Source of the DNA: a virus
Lineage: Duplodnaviria; Caudoviricetes
Virus record (IMG/VR): IMGVR_UViG_3300032233_001500
Coordinates: 12,767 to 76,766 of that record
Strand: one strand, 5' to 3'
DNA: 64,000 nucleotides
Shown here: positions 18,125 through 27,947 of the stretch, in pieces
Layout of the letters: every line of letters begins with the position of its first letter
Numbering within the stretch: the stretch's first letter is position 1
Program-made: the position numbers and the translations under genes
Notes under the pieces: generated by a model
Told to the model about the DNA's origin: nothing
The model's database searches: none
Seen by the model: the letters and a program-made list of their open reading frames with translations, nothing else

Positions 18125-21100
18125 TTATTTATTTTTTAGATCTTCAACTTCCTTACGAAGGATGTCAATTTGAACTTGTTGTTCTTTAATTGCTTCAATA
18201 AGTACAGCAACAATGTTTCCGTATGCAACACTCTTCATTCCAAGATTATCTTCGGAAACTATCTCTGGAATAACTTCTTCTACTTCTTGTGCAATTAATC
18301 CAACATGGATTTTTGTCTTGTCTTCCTGATCTTTTCTTGTGAAAGTAACACCATTCAGGCTAAGTACTTTTTCAAGACCATTTTGAATGATTTCAATATT
18401 ATCTTTAAGTCTAATATCAGAACTTGCAGTAACAGTACCTGCCATTGTAAGATTACCAGACATATCCATCTGCAATCTATTTGCAGATGCAGACCATCCA
18501 CCAATTCGGAGTACATTATCAGAATCTAGTCCCATATTAACTGCATAATTACCTGATCTATGGAATGACATAAATGCAGCGTTAGTACCTGTAGCATATG
18601 CCTGAAGTGGAGGAGAGCTTAAGGCACCTAAAGTTGTGCCTAGATTTGATTGGAAATTGATTGCATTGGTTACGGTATCTCCACCACGAGCAATTGCATA
18701 AGAACTATAATTACTACTGTCTACGAGTTTTTTCCAGGCTGCCCAAGTTGTAGTTGAACCACTTCTTTGCCAAATATTGCCGTTATCAGTAAATCCAAGT
18801 TGGTGAGATAAACCACCACTCCAATCTGTTGAACTTCCATATTGGCGGAAAGTCATCTCACCAAAATAAGTTCCACCATCACTTAAACTTTCTGTAGAAT
18901 TTGCTTTGAAGTCAAATACTACACCTTGATTTATAGTTTGTGGCGTAGTAACAGTATTCCTACTATCGGTTACTACAACTTGAGTTGCAGTAGAAGCATT
19001 ACCACTTAATGTTGCAGTAATCGTACCAGCACTAAAGTTACCAGAAGCATCACGAGCAACAATAGTTGATACGGTGTTTGCTGTTGCAGAGTTTAATCCA
19101 TCAAGTAAATCAGCATTTAAGTTTGTTACTAATGTAGTAGAAGAAACTGTGAGTGGTGCAGTTCCTGTGGATACTGTGGATGTCAATGTAGTTGCCGAAA
19201 GAGCTCCAACAAGTGTTAATGCTCCACCACCAGTTAGAGTAGCAGCAAGAGTTGTTCCACCATACCACTTAAATCCTGTTGAAGTAGTTTGGGTTCCAAA
19301 CCAAAGGAATCCAGATTCAATTCCCAATCCATAATCTGTAGTAGACCCAGTTACTCCACTATAAAGAGCAATCTTAAGTCCAGCACTTCTTGTCGTAAAT
19401 GCAGGGGCTGCAACACCAGTTGTACCAAAATCAATCCAGTTATTTGTTGCACCACTAAAGGTTAATTGTCCAGCAGTTGTTGAACCACCACCATTTAAAG
19501 TTGCTGTAGTATGAGTACCTGTTCCGTTACTAATATTACCACTAAAAGTAGCAGTAATAGTACCGGCACTGAAGTTACCCGAAGCATCACGAGCAACAAC
19601 AGTTGATACCGTGTTTGCAGTTGCTGTCAATAATCCATTATGATACTGAGCATTCAAGTTTGAAACTAAAGTTGTTGAGGTAACTGTTAGTGGTGATGTA
19701 CCTTGTGTAATATTGGAAATTAATTGAGTTCCAGTAACTGTTCCAGATGCAGTTGCATTACCAGTTTGATCAACATTGAATATATTGGTTGAACTTTGAT
19801 TCCTGAAGAATATTGATCCCGTATATTGCAGATAGAAGTTTGAATTATATGCTTGGAGTTTATATCCCTTTTCACCACTCCAAGTTCCACCAGTAGTAAG
19901 AACAATGTCTCCGTTTGCCCCTACCGTAACTGCGCCACTGGCTCCACTATTAAATGATACGGAACCAACGAATGTTGGAGTTGTAGTTAAGTTATAAACA
20001 CTACCATTACCAAGTAAAATTGCACCATTTGATGGAAGACCACTAAGTCCAGTACCACCACGAGAAATTGGAATATTGCCTGAAGTATTAGCAATATCCA
20101 AGTAGTAAGAAGCCGCATTACCGTTAAAGGTTGCAGCATCAATATCACCACCTTGAGCCAAGGTCTTAATGTACACTGACCCTGTGCCATCACCAGTTAT
20201 ACCAAATGTAGAACTCTTAAATTTAGCAACACCAAGAGTGGAGTATAAATCACCAGTAGCTAATACTCTATTTAAAGTTAACTGAACGTTTCCATAATAA
20301 GTATTAATTCCCACTCCACCTGATGCTAAATCTGCACTACTATAAGTAACACCAATTGGTTGAGTCGTACCAATTCCAACAGAACTTACTGCTTTACTCC
20401 AAGTCGAATCTCCCCTCAAAAATGTTTGATTATTTGCAGTTCCAGAAGCAAGTCTGGAGGGAACTAATATACCAGAGACAACGTTAGCAGCATCAATTGT
20501 ACTAGTTGCTAAAAGAGCCCAGTTGGAGAGAATAGATGACGATGTATTTACCGTAGCGTTATACGTAACATTTTGTTTTGTTAATGTCATAGTGCCGCCG
20601 GAATTGGCACTAGTTAAATCAACTGGATTATAAAGAAGTCCATTTGCAGATAGGATAGCATCAGCTTTAATCGAATGTAGTGTAAATGTATTGGTAGTTC
20701 TGGAACCAATGTAATAATAATTACCAGTTGTGACTCCAGTTGGTGTATTACCACTAACTTTTACTGGATCCCCCTGAGATAATCCATGATTTGCAAAAGT
20801 TAATTGATTTGTATCCGTATTTACCCCAACTCTTGTAAGTTTGTGAGTACCTGTACCACTAGAAGTGTAGTCTTTTTTAGTTACAAGAGCATATGTAGTA
20901 TAAAGTTCTACAGAAGTAACACCAACTCTCTTAATGTAATAAGTTTCAGCATCAAGTAAAGGTGTGAGAACATTTCCGCCTTGCGTGGAATAAACTACGG
21001 GATCTCCATCGGAGAAGGTATTAATACCAATTACAATTCTATCATTTATGAAGTCTACATTACCTCCAATACTTACATCTGTTGGAGAAAATGTTGATGT

Positions 21101-24100
21101 TAAAGCAACTCCTACGCTTATACTTGTAGAAATAGATCCCGCATTCCCGTCTTGAATATAGTCAGGTAAATTAGCGGATCCGGTAAATTTGTTATTATTT
21201 GTTAATGATAAGTATAATCTAGTTTCAACTGATCCAACTTTAGTAGTAAAGTTGGATCCACCAGTTCTACCTCCGATAGAAGCTGGATTATTCAATGTAA
21301 GCGTATCATTAACTGCGTAATAACGTCCACCAGTATTAATTGCAACATTGGAAACTGTACCAGCAGCGCTAACCGTAATTGTAGCTGTCATACTGGTCCC
21401 AATACCACTGGCAGAATCCAATTGAATTCCAGTGTAAATACCCGCAACCAAGTATCCAGAACCCCCTACAAGAGTGTTTAGAGACAATCCAACACCCCTT
21501 ACAAGACCCGTAGTACCATACCCAACATAAGTGGGTGCAGTAACAACACCGATAGCAGCACCAGCTGATACGGTACTAGTTACAACAGCTCCATTTGCAA
21601 AGTTATATACTGTATTATTATCAAGAATTAAATATTGACTATAAACATCACTAATCATAACCCAAGAATTTGACGGTTCAATAACAGTATCACCACTAAA
21701 TAAATTTGTGGCTGGTATTGTATTGACAAGATAAATTCTTCCCCCATCAGTGGATGATTTGAAGTAATTAACTGTTTTTGGTGGAATTAAGTCTGCATTA
21801 ATTTGTCCAATAGAATTGAGTTGCACAACTCCACCTGGAATAGCATTAGTCGTTAAATTTTTATCAATAAATGAACCAAGTCTGTTGTTGAGGAATGATC
21901 TAGTAGCCAATTGAGTTGGTACACGATAATCCTGTGGACCAGAAATTTCATTATCACCAAGTCCTGCATCGATTGAGAATTCCGTAATTGCTGTACCACC
22001 AGAAAGACTTAAACGAAGACTATCAAGCGTACCAATTGTAACAGTATTATTGAAAATAATATTACCGGTCCTATTATATGCCGTAATAAAATTACCAACC
22101 TTAAAGTCGCCAAGTTCGTTTGTACCAGTTGAGTATACACGGCCACCAAATTCGCCAACTTGTTCCCTACCATCTATCGATAAACCTCCATTTTGCGGTA
22201 ATGCATTATAATCTGTGCCGGAACCTGCATATTCCCACGCATGGGAATTTGCATTAATTATGGATGGTCTATGGAAATGGCAACGATAGTTTTCTGGTAG
22301 AGAAGAAATACCTGTAATAACTGTACCAGAATTTGTGGAATCTACTTTGAAATAAGTTGTATAGTAGGTGCTGAGACCAGCAACGTTACTGACTCCAATT
22401 GAAATTGGAGATGGACTGTGATCAATAATATCAAGATTTGTTGTTCCATTTGAAATCTGGAAGAATCTAAGATTTCCTCCAGAAGATTCTACAGAAACTA
22501 CCAATTGTCTCGTAGAATTGTTGTAAGTATATGCAAAACCAACTGCTGTTCCACCAACAACTGTTTGGGTAATTTGTCTTCCAGAAACAAATCGTGCAGT
22601 ACTTCCAACACCAGCAAGTGTCAAAGTCTGATAGTTGTTGTGAGTAGAAAGTACCGCCTTATTGAAAAAGTCTTGATTATTTTTTACAAATGTATTAATA
22701 CCTGTAGTTGATGATGTTAAATCAACAACTCTTGTTAGACTATCATCTTCTGTAAGTTTAAATGTATTTGAATTGATATATGAGATATAATACTGGTTGC
22801 CATTAACTAGTCCACCAATTATTCTTTGTGGTAAAGCTTGTTCATCTCCATAATAAATTACACTATCACCTGCACTAAATGGATGTGAAAGTGAAGTAAT
22901 AGTATCTAATGAAGTATCTACTGCAGTTGCAGCATTAACTTCCAGTGTTACTGTAAGTGGTTTGAAATTAGAAGTTCTGTCAATCAAATTATCATCAAAA
23001 AATCTTAGAACGTAAAGATCTTGATTGATTCTACCAAGACCAATAACTGTGAGAGTCTGTAATCCACCACTAGTGCCGGTCAAGGCAATTCTTCCACGAT
23101 CAAACCTAAAGGAATTTGAACTATATCCTTGAGATCTTAATGCATATAATCCAAAGTTAGTTGCAGAGTTTGTAATGGATAGATACCCACCAGATTGGCA
23201 TAATGATCCATATTTACAGAAAATTTGGAAACAAGAAACAACTTGAGCATAACCATCATTAATTGTGCGCCAACCAATGCCACCAAAAGAAGTCATTGTA
23301 AAGGTTGCAGCAACCATGGATTTACCAAATTCAGGTTGTGAGCCAGCTACAGGATTTTCACCTTCTTCCGGAATAATTGCTTGGTTCGGAGAAGAAACTT
23401 TAGAACCATCTACAAGAATACCATTTGCACCCAAGAATGATATAATAGAACAGTTTTGGATGTACGGTGATCTGGTGATGCTAGGTTTAGTGGTCTTAAC
23501 GGCATAACCAGTCCTACTTACGCTAGTATCTGAGGGATCATCAAAAGCTACAGCATAATCAAATGTATATTGTGGAACACCTGCAGCATCCGCATAATCC
23601 TTCATCGCAAATCCGGTTACATAACAACCATTTCTTACACGGAATAAATCTTTACCCGCATTCTGTGGTCGAATGATAGTATTTCTAAGGTTGTCTCCAA
23701 TAATTGCAATATCTTCATAGAGAATAATTGGATTATCTTCCAAATATTCACCAGCTTCACATATGATAGCAATTGGATTTGATTTAGACGTTGGGGATAC
23801 AATTGTTGGAGCTGCAGTTGATCCAATTCCAATAATACTTGTAATAACCCCGACCAGAGTTGCAATACTACTCAATACGTTTGCACATCCAGTAGTAGCA
23901 TAACCAACTGGATTTACAGAATCATCATAAGCAATAGTAAAATCATAAGTTTGATATACAGATGTTTGATATAAACCTACTGGACGAGTAATTGATGGAG
24001 AATAAGTAACGCCTTGACCAACAATTGTAGTGATAATTCCAACAAGAGTATTGATGTTACTTCTTACGTTTGCACATCCAGTAGTAGCATAACCAACTGG

Positions 24101-27100
24101 ATTTGCAGAAACATCATAAGCAATTGATAAATCTTTGACTTGTGCAGTAGATCCTACTCCAACTTGATAGGATACAGGAACTGTTATATTATTGATAATA
24201 TAACTAGAAATGCCAGCAATATATCTAAAAGAATCAACGGTTTCTACTTGTTCTCCAGTTACATAACTAGTACCGAGTCCACTCCAATATGAAACACCTG
24301 CGCCAACGGACTTATAATTACCACCGTACTTAACATCATATGCAAGAGCATCAACAATATATCCAACATCTCTAAGACATTTAGTTCTACTATAAGTTGG
24401 ATTGGACAATAATCCAGGATAAATTGCAGTTACATATCCTACAGCTTCTGCAGCAATATAATTTTTGTTTAGAATAAGTAATCTAGAAGCATCATCGTAT
24501 CTTCCGCCTGGATCTGCTAGTGGAACATTATTGATAATATATTTAGAAATATCTACAATATGAGTAAAGGAGTCAATAGTTTGGATTTTTTCACCATCAA
24601 CATAACTTGTACCGACACCACTATAATAAGATAAACCAGCTCCTACTGACTTAGAATTACCATTATAACTAAGGTCATAAGCAAGAGCATCTACAATATA
24701 CCCTACGTCTCTATAACATACATCTCTATAATAATTTGCATCCGTAGTAATTCCTGGATATGTTGCAGTTAAGAATCCTACAACTTCTTCTTGAATGAAT
24801 GTTCTGTTCTTAGTGAGTAGATCAGCAGCATCCAAAAATCTACCAGGAGGAAGAACAAATGATTCAAATGAAGCTAATTGTGCTGCTTTCTTAACTGATT
24901 TAACTGGTTTTGTTTTACCATCGTTTGTATCACTACCATTTGTCGCCGAAACATAAAGTCTATTTTCATACAAACCACCAGGGTTGGTAGTAAATCCAAG
25001 ATTACCAGAAGCATCAACTGCTAAAACTTGACCATCCTTACCTGCAGTTGGTGGTAAAGTTAATGTATAATTTGTAGCTACTCCAGTTTGGGAGAGTTTA
25101 AACGTTACTGTTTGATTTAATCCAGTATTGGTATTAACTCCAATAAAATTCAACGTTGAATTGATTCCAACTTGATTTGAATAGAAATTAGTAACATAAC
25201 CAGAACTGGATCGTATTGAATTTAATCCAGAAATATTTGAATTCTCTGGGTCAAGGGTTATACTTGCAGTACCAATAGTAAGAACTCCAGTTATTCTTGC
25301 ATTTCCAGTTACAATTAGATCGGTGGTTGCTCCACCAATAACAACATTTCCAAAAGTGGAAATTCCAGTATACTTGACATTTGTACCAGTAAGATTGGTG
25401 ATAATACCGGTTTGAACTTTCAATGTTGCAATACTTGCAACACCGGCATTGGTCATATCAAGATTGGATGATGTAACACTTGAAATATTACCACTTGCAA
25501 TTAAAGCCTGGGCAAAGGTGGAAATTCCCGTATATTGAATATTCTTACCAATCAAATTGGGAATTGTGCTGAGTCCGGTTGTTCCATCGGTAAATGTAAA
25601 ACTAGTTGTTTGAATACCCGAATTGAGTGCTGGAGTATTCAATGTTATTGAACTTGTACCAATAGAAACCACATAAGAATTGGCAGGAATATTTGTACCA
25701 GTTACTGCATATGAAGAATAAACTCCAAAAGTACTGACACCACTAATAATACTTGTGCCTGCTATTGATAATGTACCAGTATATGTAAAGGATAATCTAT
25801 CACTTGCTACAATTTTATTTGATATATTAAGTTGGTTTGCACTTAGAGTTGTTACTCCGGAAATAGATGCATCATTTCCAGATAAGATAATAGAAGAAAC
25901 GCCGACTGTAAGAATTCCACTTACTCTTGAATTTACGAGAGTACTACTGTTTAAAGTTGCTATTCCACTTACATATAATTGACTACCTATTCCAGAAGTA
26001 AAATATAACTCAGAAGCAACTAATCCAACACTGGAGATGGTAGTACCAATTCCAATATTAATATACGACGTGTCTACGGATAAAGAGCTTACAGTTAGAT
26101 TTCCAGTAACTATTCCACTGTTGATATAAGCTGTAGTAATAATACCCGTGTTTATTCTAGCTGTACTTATAGATCCTGTTGTAAAAATGCCCGCATTTAC
26201 AATCGCAGTATCTATAAAAGCAGTCGTAATAATACCTGCATTTACCAATAAAGTGTTTATAGTTGCAATTCCAATCGCATCAACATTAGTTGTATTTAAA
26301 GTTGTTATCGTTGCAACGCCACTAATATTGGAATTGGTTGATTTTAAAGTTGTTATCGTTGCAACACCACTTATATTAGTATAAGTAGAAGTTAAATTAG
26401 TAACTATTCCAGCATTAATATAAGCATTCTGAACAGTTTGTGTAGATATTATTGCATCTGTAATATTGGCTTGATTTAATGTAGTTACTCCACTTACGGA
26501 AGCACTTGTAAAAATACCAGAATTTGCCGTAACCGTGGTAAAAATTCCACGTCCTGCAGTAATGGTGCTTATATAAACATTTCCAAAGATTCCATTATCT
26601 ACATACAGAGTTGATATAGTACCAATTCCGGTAACATTGGAATTGGTGGAAGTTATAGTAGTAACTATTCCACTTTGAATGTAAGCGTTTTGAATAGTTG
26701 CCTGAGATGATCCTACATTCGTAATAATACCGCTATTAATATATGCATAATTTATAGACTCAATATTTACATTTGAATCGGTAACAAATTGTTTAGTAAT
26801 AGTGGCACTAGTAATTCCAACAGTACCAATTGTACCTCTAGTAATAGTGGCACTAGTAATTCCAGCGGTTGTAATGCCTGCATTATCAATAGTAGCATTA
26901 TTTACAAGTAATGATACCGCTGCAGCATTATTTGTATTTAAAACATCAACGTTAATTTGACCAGATAATAAATCCGTAAAAGAAAAGTCTGTAGCAAATC
27001 CTGAATTAGAAAATACAAAAGTTATTGGTCTAGTAAAAGTAAATGATGTTGCACCAGAAGTATTAAGACCAGTATTTGTAACAATTCTATTTACACCAAT

Positions 27101-27895
27101 GCTATAAATTGTCGTTATTCCAACTGTACCACCAACATAATCTACATAGTCACCGACTTGTAAAGAAGTTGTAGTGACTCCAGTAATTGCAGTTGTACCA
27201 ATTCCAGCAGAAGTGCCCGTTCTAGTAGTAATACCTAGAGTACTACTAGAAGCCTGAGAAATGGTTACAGTACCATTACTTGATGTGGAAAGTCCTGTAA
27301 TCGTAGTATTATTTAAAACTCCATTACCACTAACAGAATCTCCAACATTTAGTGGAGCAGTAGTCATCAATGTCGCTATTCCAACAATGACTGTTCCGTT
27401 ACTGGTTAAGAAGTTGCCAGTTGCTGATATAGTAAAGTCTATAGTTGCTGGATTAATAAATACAGTCCCCAATCCCAAAGAGGTTACTGTAGTAGTAGGA
27501 TCAATATACGTACCACTTACGGCATAACCAACTCTAATATTATTTGTTGCAATACCGATAATTTTTGTATTCGGGGTTCCAGTAATAATACCAGATCTTG
27601 TTACTGGGCCCTGATATGTTACTGTTAAACTTCTTGCGTTAATACTTCCCTGTATATCTGTATCACCAATTACTTGGAATTCTTTTGTTAAAGAACTAGT
27701 TCCAATACCTACACCAGATTTGTTTATAATTTGTTGAGTCGCTGCAGTACCAACTAGAGGCCATCCTCCCGGAGTAACTCCATCATGTACTATTGCTACA
27801 TTTTTTGATGTATCAACTGTTAATTCTGCTAATGCTCCAGTGAAAACCGAATGTTCTGCACTTGATCCTCTTCTTAGCTGTACCTGCTTCGTCAT
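18125..27895 (-). CDS. Long tail fibre/receptor-binding protein with Mtd_N-like start, beta-helix, phycobiliprotein-like inserts and C-terminal intramolecular chaperone (peptidase S74-like)
   Basis: MTKQVQLRRGSSAEH...HDGVTPGG start; IICEAGEYLEDNP...IIGDNLRNTII beta-helix entry; SDIRLKDNI...GLIAQEV...VAYGNIVAVLIEAIKEQQ end. Confidence 0.9.
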   Translation of the reverse strand: MTKQVQLRRGSSAEHSVFTGALAELTVDTSKNVAIVHDGVTPGGWPLVGTAATQQIINKSGVGIGTSSLTKEFQVIGDTDIQGSINARSLTVTYQGPVTRSGIITGTPNTKIIGIATNNIRVGYAVSGTYIDPTTTVTSLGLGTVFINPATIDFTISATGNFLTSNGTVIVGIATLMTTAPLNVGDSVSGNGVLNNTTITGLSTSSNGTVTISQASSSTLGITTRTGTSAGIGTTAITGVTTTSLQVGDYVDYVGGTVGITTIYSIGVNRIVTNTGLNTSGATSFTFTRPITFVFSNSGFATDFSFTDLLSGQINVDVLNTNNAAAVSLLVNNATIDNAGITTAGITSATITRGTIGTVGITSATITKQFVTDSNVNIESINYAYINSGIITNVGSSQATIQNAYIQSGIVTTITSTNSNVTGIGTISTLYVDNGIFGNVYISTITAGRGIFTTVTANSGIFTSASVSGVTTLNQANITDAIISTQTVQNAYINAGIVTNLTSTYTNISGVATITTLKSTNSNISGVATITTLNTTNVDAIGIATINTLLVNAGIITTAFIDTAIVNAGIFTTGSISTARINTGIITTAYINSGIVTGNLTVSSLSVDTSYINIGIGTTISSVGLVASELYFTSGIGSQLYVSGIATLNSSTLVNSRVSGILTVGVSSIILSGNDASISGVTTLSANQLNISNKIVASDRLSFTYTGTLSIAGTSIISGVSTFGVYSSYAVTGTNIPANSYVVSIGTSSITLNTPALNSGIQTTSFTFTDGTTGLSTIPNLIGKNIQYTGISTFAQALIASGNISSVTSSNLDMTNAGVASIATLKVQTGIITNLTGTNVKYTGISTFGNVVIGGATTDLIVTGNARITGVLTIGTASITLDPENSNISGLNSIRSSSGYVTNFYSNQVGINSTLNFIGVNTNTGLNQTVTFKLSQTGVATNYTLTLPPTAGKDGQVLAVDASGNLGFTTNPGGLYENRLYVSATNGSDTNDGKTKPVKSVKKAAQLASFESFVLPPGRFLDAADLLTKNRTFIQEEVVGFLTATYPGITTDANYYRDVCYRDVGYIVDALAYDLSYNGNSKSVGAGLSYYSGVGTSYVDGEKIQTIDSFTHIVDISKYIINNVPLADPGGRYDDASRLLILNKNYIAAEAVGYVTAIYPGLLSNPTYSRTKCLRDVGYIVDALAYDVKYGGNYKSVGAGVSYWSGLGTSYVTGEQVETVDSFRYIAGISSYIINNITVPVSYQVGVGSTAQVKDLSIAYDVSANPVGYATTGCANVRSNINTLVGIITTIVGQGVTYSPSITRPVGLYQTSVYQTYDFTIAYDDSVNPVGYATTGCANVLSSIATLVGVITSIIGIGSTAAPTIVSPTSKSNPIAIICEAGEYLEDNPIILYEDIAIIGDNLRNTIIRPQNAGKDLFRVRNGCYVTGFAMKDYADAAGVPQYTFDYAVAFDDPSDTSVSRTGYAVKTTKPSITRSPYIQNCSIISFLGANGILVDGSKVSSPNQAIIPEEGENPVAGSQPEFGKSMVAATFTMTSFGGIGWRTINDGYAQVVSCFQIFCKYGSLCQSGGYLSITNSATNFGLYALRSQGYSSNSFRFDRGRIALTGTSGGLQTLTVIGLGRINQDLYVLRFFDDNLIDRTSNFKPLTVTLEVNAATAVDTSLDTITSLSHPFSAGDSVIYYGDEQALPQRIIGGLVNGNQYYISYINSNTFKLTEDDSLTRVVDLTSSTTGINTFVKNNQDFFNKAVLSTHNNYQTLTLAGVGSTARFVSGRQITQTVVGGTAVGFAYTYNNSTRQLVVSVESSGGNLRFFQISNGTTNLDIIDHSPSPISIGVSNVAGLSTYYTTYFKVDSTNSGTVITGISSLPENYRCHFHRPSIINANSHAWEYAGSGTDYNALPQNGGLSIDGREQVGEFGGRVYSTGTNELGDFKVGNFITAYNRTGNIIFNNTVTIGTLDSLRLSLSGGTAITEFSIDAGLGDNEISGPQDYRVPTQLATRSFLNNRLGSFIDKNLTTNAIPGGVVQLNSIGQINADLIPPKTVNYFKSSTDGGRIYLVNTIPATNLFSGDTVIEPSNSWVMISDVYSQYLILDNNTVYNFANGAVVTSTVSAGAAIGVVTAPTYVGYGTTGLVRGVGLSLNTLVGGSGYLVAGIYTGIQLDSASGIGTSMTATITVSAAGTVSNVAINTGGRYYAVNDTLTLNNPASIGGRTGGSNFTTKVGSVETRLYLSLTNNNKFTGSANLPDYIQDGNAGSISTSISVGVALTSTFSPTDVSIGGNVDFINDRIVIGINTFSDGDPVVYSTQGGNVLTPLLDAETYYIKRVGVTSVELYTTYALVTKKDYTSSGTGTHKLTRVGVNTDTNQLTFANHGLSQGDPVKVSGNTPTGVTTGNYYYIGSRTTNTFTLHSIKADAILSANGLLYNPVDLTSANSGGTMTLTKQNVTYNATVNTSSSILSNWALLATSTIDAANVVSGILVPSRLASGTANNQTFLRGDSTWSKAVSSVGIGTTQPIGVTYSSADLASGGVGINTYYGNVQLTLNRVLATGDLYSTLGVAKFKSSTFGITGDGTGSVYIKTLAQGGDIDAATFNGNAASYYLDIANTSGNIPISRGGTGLSGLPSNGAILLGNGSVYNLTTTPTFVGSVSFNSGASGAVTVGANGDIVLTTGGTWSGEKGYKLQAYNSNFYLQYTGSIFFRNQSSTNIFNVDQTGNATASGTVTGTQLISNITQGTSPLTVTSTTLVSNLNAQYHNGLLTATANTVSTVVARDASGNFSAGTITATFSGNISNGTGTHTTATLNGGGSTTAGQLTFSGATNNWIDFGTTGVAAPAFTTRSAGLKIALYSGVTGSTTDYGLGIESGFLWFGTQTTSTGFKWYGGTTLAATLTGGGALTLVGALSATTLTSTVSTGTAPLTVSSTTLVTNLNADLLDGLNSATANTVSTIVARDASGNFSAGTITATLSGNASTATQVVVTDSRNTVTTPQTINQGVVFDFKANSTESLSDGGTYFGEMTFRQYGSSTDWSGGLSHQLGFTDNGNIWQRSGSTTTWAAWKKLVDSSNYSSYAIARGGDTVTNAINFQSNLGTTLGALSSPPLQAYATGTNAAFMSFHRSGNYAVNMGLDSDNVLRIGGWSASANRLQMDMSGNLTMAGTVTASSDIRLKDNIEIIQNGLEKVLSLNGVTFTRKDQEDKTKIHVGLIAQEVEEVIPEIVSEDNLGMKSVAYGNIVAVLIEAIKEQQVQIDILRKEVEDLKNK

Positions 27896-27932
27896 CTTGC
27901 GACTTCACTCAAACGGCTATTTTCTTCTGATT

Positions 27933-27940
27933 TATTTATG
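27933..27940 (-). promoter_or_regulatory. Late promoter CATAAATA
   Basis: TATTTATG on + strand upstream of the tail-fibre gene. Confidence 0.55.
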
Positions 27941-27947
27941 ATATAAA

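Noticed and set aside
27760-27895. Diversity-generating retroelement suggested by the Mtd_N-like fibre start
   Set aside because: No reverse transcriptase, and no template/variable repeat pair differing only at adenines was seen in this window
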